A stretch of DNA of 64,000 nt from positions 2,738,024 through 2,802,023 of the forward strand of contig JAEAOA010001935.1 of assembly GCA_016746295.1 (NCBI GenBank), written 5' to 3'. Position numbers and translations under genes: made by a program. Source of the DNA: Potamilus streckersoni. Taxonomy: Eukaryota. Within the stretch, counting starts at the first letter, position 1. Each line of letters starts with the position of its first letter. Of the stretch, positions 1 through 13,634 are shown one piece after another. Below the pieces are notes generated by a model. The model was given only the letters and a program-made list of their open reading frames with translations. It made no database searches and was not told the origin of the DNA.

Positions 1-553
1 TATACATAGCATAATTCTCATGACATAGCCTTATACATAGCATAATTCTTATGACATCGCCTTATACATAGCATAATTCTTATGACATCGCCTTATACAT
101 AGCATAATTCTCATGACATGGCCTTATGCATAGCATAATTCTTATCCTGTGACATCGCCTTATACATAGCATAATTCTCATGACATGGCCTTATACATAG
201 CATAATTCTCATGACATAGCCTTATACATAGCATAATTCTCATGACATCGCCTTATACATAGCATAATTCTCATGACATAGCCTTATACATAGCATAATT
301 CTCATGACATAGCCTTATACATAGCATAATTCTCATGACATAGTCTTATACATAGCATAATTCTCATGACATCGCCTTATACATAGCATAATTCTCATGA
401 CATAGCCTTATACATAGCATAATTCTCATGACATAGCCTTATACATAGCATAATTCTCATGACATAGCCTTATACATAGCATAATTCTCATGACATGGCC
501 TTATACATAGCATAATTCTCATGACATAGCCTTATACATAGCATAATTCTCAT
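1..553. repeat. Minisatellite with a 31-bp unit (ccttatacatagcataattctcatgacatagc), about 17 copies, ending 7 nt before the acceptor of the first exon in the window
   Basis: Head-to-tail periodicity of 31 bp read directly. Variants at unit positions cg/ag/gg. Confidence 0.95.
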
Positions 554-560
554 TTTTTTA

Positions 561-660
561 GGGGGCTTCTGTTGCCCAAGACAGTGGTGGATAAGTTTGG
601 TGTAAACCGAACAGATGCAGGAAATCTTGGATGTGGAATTTACTTCTCTGATGCAGCAAG
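561..660 (+). CDS. PARP4: PARP4 window-exon 1, PARP catalytic domain: (G)LLLPKTVVDKFGVNRTDAGNLGCGIYFSDAA(S)
   Basis: Acceptor tttttttag|gg and donor aag|gtgagt. The GIYFSD peptide matches the GKGIYFAD motif of the PARP catalytic core. Phase is consistent with the next exon. Confidence 0.8.
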
Positions 661-674
661 GTGAGTCAAACAAT

Positions 675-955
675 GTGAAGATGATATGAAAAATACCAAA
701 TTTGCCCATCATTTTGAAAAATAGACATTGGGCAAGTAATGAGGATTTATTAGCAATCAGAATAAGACAATTTGAAAATGATATGGCACCAAATTTGCCC
801 ATCATTTTGAAAAATAGACATTGGGTAAGTAATGAGGATTTATTAGCAATCAGAATAAGACAATTTGAAAATGATATAGCACCAAATTTGCCCAACATTT
901 TGAAAAGTAGACACAGAGCAAATAATGATGACTTATTCGCAGTCAGAAAATGAGA
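675..955. repeat. 78-bp tandem repeat, about 3.5 copies (ccaaatttgcccatcattttgaaaaatagacattggg...gaaaatgatatggca), starting just after the exon 1 donor
   Basis: Direct repetition. ORFs 702..953 (+) and 488..967 (-) are periodic artifacts. Confidence 0.9.
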
Positions 956-2574
956 ACAGTAAAACATTGTGGCAGATGTACATATAAATAGTTCACATAT
1001 GATTGTTTATGTGTCTGTTGATTTGTACACATAAATAATTTATTTGTGTGGAAGGATGTTCAAATAAAACATACTTGGGACTTGGGGAAGTCACCAAACA
1101 TTGCAATTTAGAAATCTGGATTGTTTTCATATGAACTCTTTGAATCACAATTCCATTCCATATGGTGTTAAATTTCTACCTTCCCTGGTTCAATGAGTGT
1201 TCAAATTGAAGAATGCAGAGAGAGAGGGAAAGGATAGAAATGTAGCTAATGAGTTGGATGTAGATGAATCGATAGGTAAATGAAGATGCATGCTGAAAAT
1301 ATTTAAAACACCTAATCTTATCTTTTTCTGATTAATTTTGTTACTGATATTGTTTTTGATCTTTTTATGATTCAATAACCTTATCTAGCTGTAGCTTTGG
1401 TCTTCATTTTAGGCCATCTAAAAAATATCAAATGATACAAAGCAAGTCAAAAGGTGACTGAATTTGATTTGTACATAGTATGTGAGATCATCAATGTATA
1501 GTAAAACATAACATGTGAAATTATCAATGTAGAACATAAGATTTGAACATGTGATCATCATTGTAACATAGCATCTGTGGTTATCAATGTTCAACAGTGG
1601 TGCTTAACTTGCTTGGGCAGTGATCCAGATTAGGTTTTCAATGTTTGCCTCACCACCCATCAAAAATTGCTTGGGTAAGAAGTTTCAAATTATTAAGGTT
1701 GATCTCTGTGACCTGCAAAACAGCATTTTAGTGCCATCTGTGCATACAGAACAGATCCTCACAACACTACCTATGTGGCCTGTAGTGACTCAGCACATTG
1801 ATCTGTTTTGTAGCAGTAGTGGATATACCAGTAACATAGTCCCATTGTAGTATTGACTGTGTTTATAATTTCTTGGGATGTACAATATCAGAATTTCACA
1901 CCCAACACCTAGCAGATATAGACCACACCAGATTTGTATGACTGGGTATGGTGATCTAGTTTCCCTTTGACCTTGTTCTGGCTTTAAGACCTTGATAACA
2001 AATGATGTGGCGGTACAATAAGAAAGAAAAACTCTCTTGAAAATAACACCCTCTTCTGATCATGTTGCTGATATATTGCATTGCTTAGATAAGCAGCTTG
2101 AGGACCAGGTCTTTTATTTCACATCCACAACTCCCAACCAAATTTTGATCCAGTTTTCTACATACTTGTTTTTCATACTGAAGTCCCAGCTGTTGTTAGA
2201 GATATTGCAAATCTGGGAATGTCATGGGTTCTAGTGGTTGAAACAGACACCTTTCAGGTCACTGTGTGGAGCCTCTGAGACACAACTCTTGTACAAAACT
2301 GGCTTCAGGACATTCTAGTCAGGGCAGGCATAATTAGTGAGATACATGCCTTGTCATTTGATCAGACTATGTGGAGTCACACCTTGATTGTGTTCATTGC
2401 CAAGAACAAACTCCCACAGAATCAGTCCTTTGTCTTGATAGCTGCCTTCTTTGGACCCTTTATTAAGAAGGAAGTGATGAGATTTCCCCTCAGGCTCTGT
2501 CATCCTTGATGTATTGATTATCTGCCCAGTGTACAAGAAACTAACTCAAAAACGAAATGAAGTTCTTATGCAAT

Positions 2575-2880
2575 TTGGTACATGAGATTAGGGCATCCAC
2601 TCACTAACTGGCATAAAACCGCTCCAGTGCCCTAGTAGTTAGAACATCCGCCATGGATGTGGGAGTTCGTGGGTTTGATTTCCGGTCGAGTCATACCAAA
2701 GACTTATAAAAATGAAACTAACAGCTGCCTCGCATGACACTCAGCATTAAGACGGCAGAGTTAGCACTGGTCAGCCAGGTATCAGGATAATGTGACTGGG
2801 TGGGACATCATGCTACATGTCTGCGGCATAATGCCCCAGTGCTAGACCACACTATAAACTACCACATTGCAGACATCATA
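2575..2880 (+). mobile_element. SINE-like element with a tRNA-related head (gttcgtgggtttgatttccggtcgagtca) and a body shared with an inverted copy at 4783-4905
   Basis: T-arm-like motif, but no canonical acceptor pairing. The body 2738-2880 is about 85% identical to the reverse complement of 4783-4905. Confidence 0.55.
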
Positions 2881-4276
2881 GGGATATGACTGAAAATTTG
2901 TTAAAGCTATGTTAAAAATCATAATCACATCACATCACTAACTGGCATCATCCAAGCAATGGGTTGGAGGTCAGAAATTACATTCTCTAGCTTTTACCTC
3001 AGATGCATTCCCAAAAATGTCTCAATTTGACCAGGTGGTACGTATATCAGCATTGCAGTGGTTAACCCTCTCAGGTTGATCTCAGGTAATAATATTGGTC
3101 ACTCTACTTTTGCAGATTTGTGAGAGTGTAAATGTTTTATTCAAACTGTTTCATGTATAAACCATGTGCTAGCTCTAGCCTATAGCTCTTGACTTGAAAC
3201 TGCTTCATGTAGCTTAGGTCAGGGCCAGCTTGTGGGTAAAGGTCTGTAACTCCCTTTTCTCTTAGCATCTTATCATTGAGTAACATATTTGAAGAAGAAA
3301 CTGATTTATAGAGTTAAGTTTCTTTTATTGATAATATTTACCTAATCATCATATGGATGAACCTTCTCTCCATGGAAGAGATTGCACATTTGCTTCAGTG
3401 GTATCTGTTGATTGCTGGAATTTTGTGGGAATACAGTGGGAATTAGTGGGAATCAGATTTGAACTTTTAAAATGTCATTTTTGCAATTGGTGAAAGATAA
3501 GTCCCAAACTCAAGTTTTTTATGATTTTCAGGTCTGAAATGGAAATGACTGATAATTTAGAGTTCCCATAGCTAAGTCTTTCTTTGTGCATGTTAGAAAA
3601 GACTTGGTGTTTAGTCAGATGAATAAAATAATTTTATAATAGAAGTTTGGCTATCTCATAGAAAGAAATGTAGGTATGAAAATGTAGAGATACAAGGTTG
3701 GTCTAATTGAACAATAAAAATAAATCAGCTTGTACAGTGCTTGAATTTCTCAAAAATTTAAAATAGAAATTTTTTGTGCAATATATCTTAGATGGCTTTC
3801 TGTCATGGCCTAAGCATGCTTCATATACACAGGAATTATACAAAAATATCTCATATAGAAATTAGACAAAAATATCTTATAATTTGATTGAAATTGGTTA
3901 TCTAACCCTTAACTCTCACAATAATATTAAAATACAAAGTTTTGAAAAGTGTCTGTAATTTTTTTATACAGACTTGTGTCATAATTCTGACCTACTTTTT
4001 AAAATATCATGTGATAATGCTGTTGATCTAACTTGTCAAATATTCAAAATATTAACAATGTACATATAGTTTACAAATCTATTTTATTCTATATTTTTAA
4101 TGTGTGTAGTTGAGTGGATTGAAAACATGAGATTAATTTTTAATGACTGGTTAAATGGATCAACAGCATGAGATCTTTTTATGACTTGTTGAGTGGATTA
4201 AAAACATGAGATTAATTTTATACATGATGTAAATGTTTATTTAATAATGTTTATTGATACTGTTGTCCTCTTGCAG

Positions 4277-4460
4277 TACATGTGTGAAATATTCCTCACC
4301 TGGAAAGGTATGTGGCACCCGGTTCCTGCTAGTTTGTGATGTTGCCCTTGGAAATGTCCATGAAATGAGACACGCTGATCACTCTGTCACAGCTCCACCA
4401 GATGAATTTGACAGTCTGCATGGTGTGAAAAGTACTCCAGAAGCATACAGTCAGTTTGAG
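4277..4460 (+). CDS. PARP4: PARP4 window-exon 2, PARP catalytic domain: (S)TCVKYSSPGKVCGTRFLLVCDVALGNVHEMRHADHSVTAPPDEFDSLHGVKSTPEAYSQFE
   Basis: Acceptor ctcttgcag|t and donor gag|gtttgt. LLVCDVALGN aligns to PARP1 LILLGEVALGN. Joins exon 1 in frame (ag+t=S). Confidence 0.85.
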
Positions 4461-4782
4461 GTTTGTTAGTGACAAACAAGTATGATAACTTGTATTAGAA
4501 AGTTTGGATGTGGATATACTTTACATTGTTCTTTTAAATGCAACATTTTCAAAATTTGTACTACATGGCTCTCATGTTGATATTGCTATCATAATTATGA
4601 ATTGAGTGTAAAAACCTGGATTGCCTTTGTTAAATTCACAACTCAAACCAACCTTCACTGCACACCTGTCCAACTATTACACATTTTAGAGTGTTGTGTT
4701 TGTGTTGTTTATAATTTTTAACGTAGCTTTAACAATTTTTTATAGTCATATCGCTATGATGTCTGCACTGTGGCAGTTTAAA

Positions 4783-4905
4783 GTGATGTCTAGCACTGGG
4801 GCATCATGCCGCAGACATGTAGCATGATGTCCCACCCACTCACATTATCCTGACACAAGGCTGACTAGTCCTAACACTAACCTCTTAATGCTGAAATAGT
4901 CTCCA
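4783..4905 (-). mobile_element. 5'-truncated copy of the same SINE body, inverted relative to 2575-2880
   Basis: Its reverse complement aligns to 2738-2880 (ggataatgtgactgggtgggacatcatgctacatgtctgcggcat). Confidence 0.6.
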
Positions 4906-5046
4906 TACATAGGTTAATTTCTGATGTGGGGATTTTTATTTAAGCCATCATTACTGATTTCTTATTTAAAATTGATGTAAGAAGTGTTAAATTTAATCTT
5001 TTTATCTTCATAATGATGTGACCTGGCATTTAATCTTTGCTTTCAG

Positions 5047-5206
5047 GACAATGAATATGCTGTTTTCAGTCCAGAACAACAGTGCATCAGGTATGTAGTG
5101 GAGTTTTCAATGACAGGGGATACAATTACACCATTTCCACAGGATTTGATAGCATCAACAGTTGAATCTCCTGCTGCTGATCTTTCACAAGGAATGTCAA
5201 ATATAG
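5047..5206 (+). CDS. PARP4: PARP4 window-exon 3, end of PARP domain plus linker: DNEYAVFSPEQQCIRYVVEFSMTGDTITPFPQDLIASTVESPAADLSQGMSNI(+g)
   Basis: Acceptor tttcag|gac and donor atatag|gtaact. The NEY catalytic glutamate is conserved (PARP1 YNEYIVY). YVVEFSM matches PARP4 YIIKFSM. Confidence 0.8.
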
Positions 5207-5689
5207 GTAACTTAATTTTATTTTATGTTAATAATTTCCACACAATTTCTGTTAAAGTATTTTGAGGAAAAATGTTTGAAAAGTTTATTGCAAGCAAGGT
5301 TTTATCATGAAAATGAGACTGTGTGTACAAGAAGATTAACTGAGCTGCATCGTTTATTATTGGAAATCTTCATCTCAGTGATAAGTTACATGTTCTGTTG
5401 TTTTTGGTAGATGGATGCTGGAACAAAATTATTAATTTAAATTAGATATCCTGATGGATATAGGACAAGGAAGAATATGGTATAATTTGGGGATCTTGAT
5501 TTATCTTTATATTAATGATGTATGGTGCAATTTAGTATGTGTGGTGAACACTGTTATACAGGTGTGTGAGGTTTAAGTTTAAGAATTGAATTAGATAAGT
5601 AATAGACTTAAATAGAAAAATAAACAGGAAAACAATTAAAAATAAAGGTGACAACTTTTCACTATAGAAGTGATATTTTAAAGTAAAGA

Positions 5690-6070
5690 AATAAAGAAAA
5701 TAAAAATCTTTCACAAGACAATAATAAAAATGAAAATGTTCACAAGACATATAGCATATTACAGTGTAATAATCAAACTCTAAATCTTTCACAAGACAAG
5801 TAACATATTAATATATAAAAATAAAAATGAAAATGTTTCATAAAAATAGCATATTAAAGTATGAAAATTAAAAGACAAGTAGCATATTAAAGTGTAAAAA
5901 TAAAAATTAAAATGTTTCACTAGATAAGTAACATGAAAGTGTAATAATCAAAATGTTTCAGAAGACAAGTAGCATATTAAAAGTGTAATAATCAAACTCA
6001 AAATGGTATCATATTCAGGTAGCACATTAAAGTATAAAAGTAAAAATTAAAACTTTTCCCAAAATAAGTG
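5690..6070. repeat. Degenerate tandem repeats, about 45-60 bp (aaaatgtttcacaagacaagtagcatattaaagtgtaataatcaaa)
   Basis: Visible imperfect periodicity. AT-rich. Confidence 0.7.
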
Positions 6071-6338
6071 GCATAAGGTATAAAGTATGTGTTCTTAGCT
6101 AATAATGTGATACCAGGGAAATATGCAAAGGAAAGAAATTATAATATATATCAATGGCAGATTCAGGTAGAATTTAGTAAAATCCTTGTAACAAAAAAAT
6201 CTGGGATCTGCCCCTGGCAATTTTAAAACAGATCAAACCAAAACCTCATTATCAAATGCATATAAAAATTTTGATTTTCCCATTATTGACATTTTGAAAA
6301 TAAAATATTAATGTTTTTGTTTCTTCTGTATTTTTAAG

Positions 6339-6469
6339 ATCTCACTGATTTGAAGAACATACAAGACCCATTATCTAAGGTCAAGGCTGGACTGCAGGGA
6401 ACTGGCAAAGAATCTGTCCCACTGAAAAGTGTCCATGTCCGAGCCAAAATGCTGGACCTTGTGGCCCAT
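6339..6469 (+). CDS. PARP4: PARP4 window-exon 4: (D)LTDLKNIQDPLSKVKAGLQGTGKESVPLKSVHVRAKMLDLVAH
   Basis: Acceptor tttttaag|at and donor cat|gtgagt. Aligns to human PARP4 KAGLQDASGNLVPLEDVHIKGRIIDTVAQ. Confidence 0.8.
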
Positions 6470-7654
6470 GTGAGTGCATTTAGTTTGATTGATTTTGATT
6501 GACTAATTATATTGATTTTGATTAACTCATTGATTTGATTGATTTTGATTGACTCGTTGATTAGTAAACATTAAATGACTCATAAGCATATGAAAATCTA
6601 TTTAGTACCATTGCAATGGCAGTAAATTACTTTGCCAAGATACACAACAGTTGACCTGGATGTGTCTTGGCAGAATTCAGACTTGCAAGCCACTGGTTGT
6701 GGCTCTGCCATACAAATCATCAAGCCAGCTTGACTTTTCAACATGCAGTTTGAAGAAAAGCTGGCAGGGAACTTATGATATTGTGCATGTACATTTGGAT
6801 CTATTTATAGTAAATTTTAATTTAGAAAATTTATAACATTTTTCTGTTGTGATTTTATTGTTTTATATAATTTTTGAATTTATTCTCACTGAAAACAAGT
6901 TGTTGAGGTTTACTGGAACCAACCAATCACATATCCAGTTTCTGTGTTCTCCATTCCTTGTACTTTATGTTGGAAGCCACATTATGACAAAGTGTGTACT
7001 GTGTAGCATTTTCATGGCCCAGTCTTTAAGATCAAGATTAAAGGTCAAGGTCATGAACTTTAATGTCTAATCAATAAGGTAATGGCCTAAAATGTCACGC
7101 AAATTTATATCATGAAAACTCGATCATGGAAGTTGACCTGGTCTGGCCTGGGCAGGATTCAAACTTGCAACCCACTAATTGCGAGTTCTGCATACCACTT
7201 ATGGAGTCCTTCCATTAAGGTCACAGTACAGGAGCACTTATTTATGGTGCGAAGGCTGTAGCTTATGCCATTTGAGACTGATATGCAAATTGCATACTTT
7301 TTCTTCATGATTCAAGGATGTGCCACATATCACTCTTACAATTTCATCAATAATGTCAAGTTCATATGCATGTGGAGATATGCTGTAAGCTCCTGTTTAA
7401 TTACTCTTCTTGATTTACATTAATTTCTATAAACAATTCATTTTTTGGTATTTGGGATTCATTAACAATAGGTTCCACTAATTGGTTGATGCACAGGATA
7501 GATAATTCAATTTCCTAGACTTGTATGTATCGAAAGAGTAAATAACCACTTAAATAACTTTAGCTTGCCCCAAAAAGTAGCCATTATGCTCAGATTTGAC
7601 TTTATTTTTGCAAGACAGAAAGTTTTCATTTATCACATTATACATTGTTAACAG

Positions 7655-7781
7655 GTGGTTGTACTACAGTATTACCATAACTGCAGTAACACTCCTATTG
7701 AAGCCAAGTATGTGTTTCCTCTGGACGACTCAGCAGCTGTCTGTGGCTTTGAAGCTTTCATCAGTGGAAAGCACATTGTAG
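7655..7781 (+). CDS. PARP4: PARP4 window-exon 5, start of VIT domain: VVVLQYYHNCSNTPIEAKYVFPLDDSAAVCGFEAFISGKHIV(+g)
   Basis: Acceptor ttaacag|gtg and donor gta g|gtaagg. Near-identical to human PARP4 PIEAKYIFPLDDKAAVCGFEAFINGKHIVG. Confidence 0.9.
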
Positions 7782-8888
7782 GTAAGGGTATATTAGTGTC
7801 ATTTTTCACATGAAATATTTGATATAACATTGAATAGGCCATTTGATTTTTTTTTGTTATATCACTGTTGTAAAATTGAGACATAGGAAACTTTAAAGAG
7901 AGATGAATTTTGACTAAAATTAAAAACTCTTAGAAATTCTGTAAGTGACTTGAGGTATGATGTCTATGTTTAAAATATAGCTTCTGGGTTTGCACAGGCC
8001 TGGAAAAGTTCTGGAATTCTAGGGGTTCTTGGAAATGTTATGAAATTAAGTCATAAGTGGGTTGTTTTGCTTTTGGAGAGTCTTTGAATTTGGAGAAAAA
8101 AAACTCCTTAAAGTTTTACAATATGTCCTGGAGTTATTATAAGTAAAATAAAATTAATTGGTTTTCAGAGTTCATTTGAAAGAAAAATGTTTTTTCACAT
8201 TTGAAAAACAAAATTATTGATTATATTAGTGTTCAATAGTGTTGCCTAGCTGAATTTGATGTTAGTGCTGACAGCTGGGTACCAGTCTTTGATTTTGATG
8301 TTTGGAATCCTCTAATGTTTTTTTTTAGTATTATTATAATTTCTTGAAAAGCATATGTCCAGTGAAGTGGAAGAATTCTTTGCAAATGAGGAAAGTTGAG
8401 TAAGAGGAAGTGTGGTTACATATCTCTAAAATCAACCAAGTGCCACAACTGCATCTTTCTTTGGTCTGTCATTTGAAAGTTGTTTAAATTGTAGTTTAAG
8501 TGATTAAATATAGTTTGAATAATACACAGTGCATCCTTCTCTAGCCACTTTATTTTGGACCCCTCTTTGTCTACGAGGGTTTCACTACCATAATTGATGT
8601 TGTAGTCAGTATTATGTCAATAAGCTAGTAACTAAATTGAGGTATGTCGTCATGTTGAACCAATCAGATTACTGAGTCTGGAGCATGTGATCACGCATTA
8701 AGTTGTCCCAGGAATTCATAGAGCAGCTAGGGATGTGTGTGAAGGGTGCGTCTTCCAGTGCGAATTATCAACGCCACAATTAACTTTAGCAATTTATCGG
8801 TGGAAAGAGCCACCCGCCTCCCCACCTTCCACCATGTCATTTATTTGGGGCATTTTTTGCATGGTATACTGTTCCAGTTTTGGTTCCA

Positions 8889-9295
8889 TTGCCAAGTTTT
8901 CATTCATTCAAAACTTTGCTTTTGAATCCCAATTTGTGTCAGTGCTTAAATGTAAACGACTATTATGCCCATATACTTCATACCAGCTTCCTACGGTGCA
9001 TGTATGGAGTATCGGCTGATGTTTGTTATCATAGCATCCTCAGGATCGGACTTGTCGAGTTTCGGTTATCATTGTTCCTATATACCTCATGTCAGCCCCA
9101 TGCTGCTCAACATACAGGTATCAGACACTTCATAACCCTACAAACTCCAACATGTATCTTGTCCTGAGGTATCCTTTAGAACAATTCAGAGCTGGGCTGG
9201 GGCAGTGTGCTGAGACAGGATTTGCCCCCATTATGCCAAAAGAATTATGTTATATATACAATAAAGTGTCTATTGAACCAGTGTATTGTGTGTTG
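8889..9295 (+). repeat. Dispersed repeat copy A, about 405 bp, same family as 37459-37865. Flanked by further shared segments (8270-8480, 9300-9460, 10370-10450)
   Basis: About 90% identity to 37459-37865 over about 400 bp. ORFs 8880..9167 and 37461..37739 encode the same pseudo-peptide. Confidence 0.8.
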
Positions 9296-10439
9296 TTTAA
9301 ATTAGTATTATTATAATTTCTTGAAAAGCATATGTCCAGTGAAGTGGAAGAATTCTTTGCAAATGAGGAAAGTTGAGTAAGAGGAAGTGTGGTTACATAT
9401 CTCTAAAATCAACCAAGTGCCACAACTGCATCTTTCTTTGGTCTGTCATTTGAAAGACTGATGACAATGGAAAGGACAAACAATGATTCAGAGTTGTCAG
9501 TACCTCCATTTTCAAGCCATAACAAGACAAAACAGTTTTCATGTGGTGACAGGAAAGCTGCATAGGTGTGTGTTTGGCTTGGTAGAGCATTTTGAGCATT
9601 CAGTGAAGAACAGTGTTTCAGGTCCGTTTGATGCAAGTCTGACGAAAATGTTTCAAGAAAAGCAATTAGATGTTCACTTTACATTTTTAATAATCCATCC
9701 ATTAAAGTCAATTACTAAAATTTAAGAAATATTTGCATAAGAATTGTCAGAACCTTTTTTCTACCTAAATTGAATTGTGAAACAACTTAAGAAAGTTTGG
9801 AAACCTCAGTTAAAATGTTGATGATGATTCTAGTTTACTGATTCCTATATATTTAAATGTAATGATATAATTAAAAAGGTTTCAGATGTGAACTGTTTTC
9901 TTCAGTTTTATTTTTATTGCAATAGAAAAATATTATCTTGATTTATTTTGTTATAGATTTGATCTGCCAGGAAAAAAGTTTATGTTTTTTTGGTAAATTA
10001 TCATTTTAAACAGAGTAACAATTTGGATGAAAATACTTCGTAATGATTATGTAAAATGCTGGAAAATATTTCACCAAGTCGGTATGAACCCTTAACTAGC
10101 ATTTTATCAAAGACACCACTTATTTCAATAATACTGTGCATTCAGTTATTTTAATTGGTTTCATTTTTCAGTTTTTCATACATTGATATTTCCATTGTTG
10201 CTTAAATTCATATATTTGTTAAAGTTTTCTATTGTTTCCACAGGAATGATTGCTCGTTGGGACTCTTAATTTGTGGGTTGTAGCAAAATCGAAAAAATGA
10301 TTGGTAGGCCACTAAAAAAGTAAATTTACGGTATGTTGAGATAAGATTATTTTGTATTGTTCTGAACAATACAGCTGGGTACCAGTCTTTGATTTTGACA
10401 TTTGGAATCCTCTGATGTTTTTTTATAGTATTATTATAA

Positions 10440-11060
10440 TTTCTTGAAAAGCATATGTCAGTATTTGCTGATGTGTAAGGCAGATCTGATAATGTGTGTT
10501 CTTTGATTTACTGTTATAATTTCAAGGGACAGTATAGACCAAGATATGCAGATATATGCTGTTTGGCTTGCCAGTTTGTTTTCAGGGAGAACATTATTAG
10601 CTCAGATCTGCTGATATATGCTGTTTGATTTATTTAAGAGAAACATGGTAGAACCATGTCTGCTGATGAATGTTGTATGACTTAGCGTTATAATTTAAAA
10701 GGAACACTTGAGACCAAGATCTGCCGATGTATGCTGCTTTACTTACTGGTTTGATTTTAAGGAAATAGGATAGACCTGCAGATACCTGCTGTTGTATACT
10801 GTTTTACTTGCAAATTTGATTTGAGGGGAATAGCATATCTCCAGACCTGCTGATACATGCTGTTTCATTTGCTAGTATGCTTTCAAGGGAACAGCATTGA
10901 CACAGATCTTCTGCCATCTTCTGCTTTTGGACTTGTAACTTTGACTTCAAGGAAACATCATATGCCGAGATCTCAGATATTGTTGCCAGTATGATGTTGT
11001 TGTTATTGTTGTTATGATGTTGTTGTTATTGTTTTTGTTGTGTGCTTAATGTTGTTTTTC
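10440..11060. repeat. Degenerate tandem repeat, about 60 bp (cagatctgctgatatatgctgtttgatttacc...)
   Basis: Recurring atctgctgat.atgctg motifs at regular spacing. A second block lies at 11280-11900. Confidence 0.7.
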
Positions 11061-11279
11061 AATAAATGATAGGCTATACATGGCAGCCATTATAGAGAAA
11101 GAACCCTGGAAAACTCGGGGAAGAAAAGCCCACCCAAAAACTACTGGCAAGTCTTCTCACATACCCATGTTGGTCTAAACTAGACTCTTGGACCCAGGCA
11201 GAGAGAGGTGAGATATCAATGATTTGAAAACACACACACACCTTAGACCACTTGGCCACCTGGGGACCTCTTGCAAGTA

Positions 11280-11900
11280 TGATTTATAGAGAACAATGCT
11301 GTTATATGCATCCATTTGACTCACATGTATCCATTTGACTTGCCAGTATGATTTCAAGAGAACAGAGGTGATATATGCATCCATTTGACTTGCCAGTATG
11401 ATTTCAAGAGAACAGTGTTGATACATGTATCCATTTGACTTGCCAGTATGATTTCAAGAATGAAACAGTATAAATCCAGATCTGCTGACATATACTGTTT
11501 GCTTTACCAGTATGAATTCAAAGAAACACTGTAGACCCAAATCTGCTTATGTATGCTGTACATTTGACACTGGTATTATTTCAAGGGCAAATAATTAACC
11601 AATATCTGCTAATGTTTGCTGCTTATTTGACCTATGTTTGCAGTTTGAATAACAATTTGATTTTAAGGAAACATCATAAACAAAGATCTGGTGATGTTTG
11701 CTATTCATCTGATGTACCAGGATGATATCAAGAGAATAGCATAGGCCTGGAACTGCTGATGTTTGTTGTTGACTTACTGCCTTACATTAAGGGGAATAGC
11801 ATTGACCCAGATCAGCTGGTGTAAACTGATGACTTGACTAACTGCTATGATTTCAAGAGAACAGCATAGACCCAGATCTGTTGATATATGGTGTTTGTTT
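11280..11900. repeat. Degenerate tandem repeat, about 60 bp (catccatttgacttgccagtatgatttcaagagaacag...), related to 10440-11060
   Basis: Direct periodicity. Shared motifs with the upstream block. Confidence 0.7.
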
Positions 11901-12399
11901 GATTTACTGATATGATTTCCATTGTTGTAAATGGACGGGAAATATCTCTACCTTTCATCACACGACTGCTGTCATTCGTCACATGACCTTTTGCAATGGT
12001 GATAGTGGACACAAACTGACTAAAAGCCATGAGGTCTTAATCACTTGCATATTCTATCACGTTACTTGAGATAAACATTAATTGCAACACATTTGCAACC
12101 TAATATTTTGGAGGTTTCTCAAAGAGTATGTTTGCACAGATCAGGCTAGCTACAGGTACCATTTCTAGTGGAAGAAAGCTGTTTTATTTATTGTTTCATT
12201 TTATAACTCAGCTGCTCATTATTATTTTAAAATGAAAATCAGACGAATCAAGGATTACATCATTATTTATAGCTAACCTTGTCATAAAACCTGGGGAGCA
12301 TTTGGTATGACCCTGTATCAGTTAATTGTCCATCTGTGTACGATTGCTTATTAACATTCAGGAGTCTATGTTTCTGATCATTTCAATCAGACTTGAAAT

Positions 12400-12990
12400 A
12401 TGGGTTTATATCAATTACTTGATGAATTTCACAATGAGCATGATCCATGCATATTAATGAGGTGATGGGTTTATATCAATTACTGGATGAATTTCACAAT
12501 GAGCATGATCCATGCATATTAATGAGGTGATGGGTTTATATCAATTACTGGATGAATTTCACAATGAGCATGATCCATGCATATTAATGAGGTGATGGGT
12601 TTATATCAATTACTGGATGAATTTCACAATGAGCATGATCCATGCATATTAATGAGGTGATGGGTTTATATCAATTACGGGATGAATTTAACAATGAGCA
12701 TGATCCATGCATATTAATGAGGTGATGGGTTTATATCAATTACTGGATGAATTTCACAATGAGCATGATCCATGCATATTAATGAGGTGATGGGTTTATA
12801 TCAATTACGGGATGAATTTCACAATGAGCATGATCCATGCATATTAATGAGGTGATGGGTTTATATCAATTACGGGATGAATTTCACAATGAGCATGATC
12901 CATGCATATTAATGAGGTGATGGGTTTATATCAATTACTGGATGAATTTCACAATGAGCATGATCCATGCTTATTAATGAAGTGATGCTG
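12400..12990. repeat. Minisatellite with a 65-bp unit (atgggtttatatcaattactggatgaatttcacaatgagcatgatccatgcatattaatgaggtg), about 9 copies
   Basis: Exact periodicity. The motif gatccatgcatattaatgaggtga recurs dispersed at 23480-23660. Confidence 0.95.
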
Positions 12991-13634
12991 CATCTGATTG
13001 GCTTACCACTCAAGTCATTTCAGATTAGATTTCTGTCAAACTTGAAATATATTCCTATATTGTCAAGCTCATGGATGAATTTGATAATTGATAATTTAAT
13101 CTTGCATCTGATTGGCTGACCATATTAAAACTCTGGAATCTATATTTGTAATCTGGTTTTGATCAGACTTGGAATATATTTCTCTATCAGAAACTTGGAG
13201 TGTTTAAATAATGAGCTTAGATTAATGGATATTAATGAGGTGAACTTAAATTTAATTGATTGGGGTTCTGATTGGGGTTCTGACCACTATTAAACCATAT
13301 TTGTGATTTGTTGTGTTTATTATTATTAACATCTTCATTAGTTTTGATTCAGATAGACAAACTTTTCATCAGGATATAGTAAAATAGGTCAAATAGACAT
13401 GATGTAAAGTTTTGGGTTTTACACTACTACATAAATCTGCTTAGGTGAAAGTGTCAGCTGTTAAGAATAATCATTAATGATTCTTCAGTATAGAAAAGGA
13501 AAGTCCACCCTTGTAATCTGAAGTTTTTGTCAGATACTGACAGGGCCTCATGTTTGGGTGGAATACACTGATGCATGTGCAGGATTCTGTTAATACTATA
13601 TGATGTTGTATCATAAATGTGCATGTGTTTTCAG

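Noticed and set aside
2600-2700. tRNA gene (gttcgtgggtttgatttccggtcgagtca T-arm-like box)
   Set aside because: No 7-bp acceptor stem pairing and no anticodon stem could be built. It is followed by a non-tRNA body that recurs inverted at 4783-4905, so it is a SINE, not a tRNA.
6650-7215. Two copies of a tRNA-like segment (6650-6740 and 7130-7215; reverse complement gggttgcaagtttgaatcctgcccaggccagacca)
   Set aside because: It resembles a tRNA 3' half on the minus strand, but the 5' half does not pair. It is probably a fragment of a tRNA-derived SINE, and the evidence is too weak to list as a feature.
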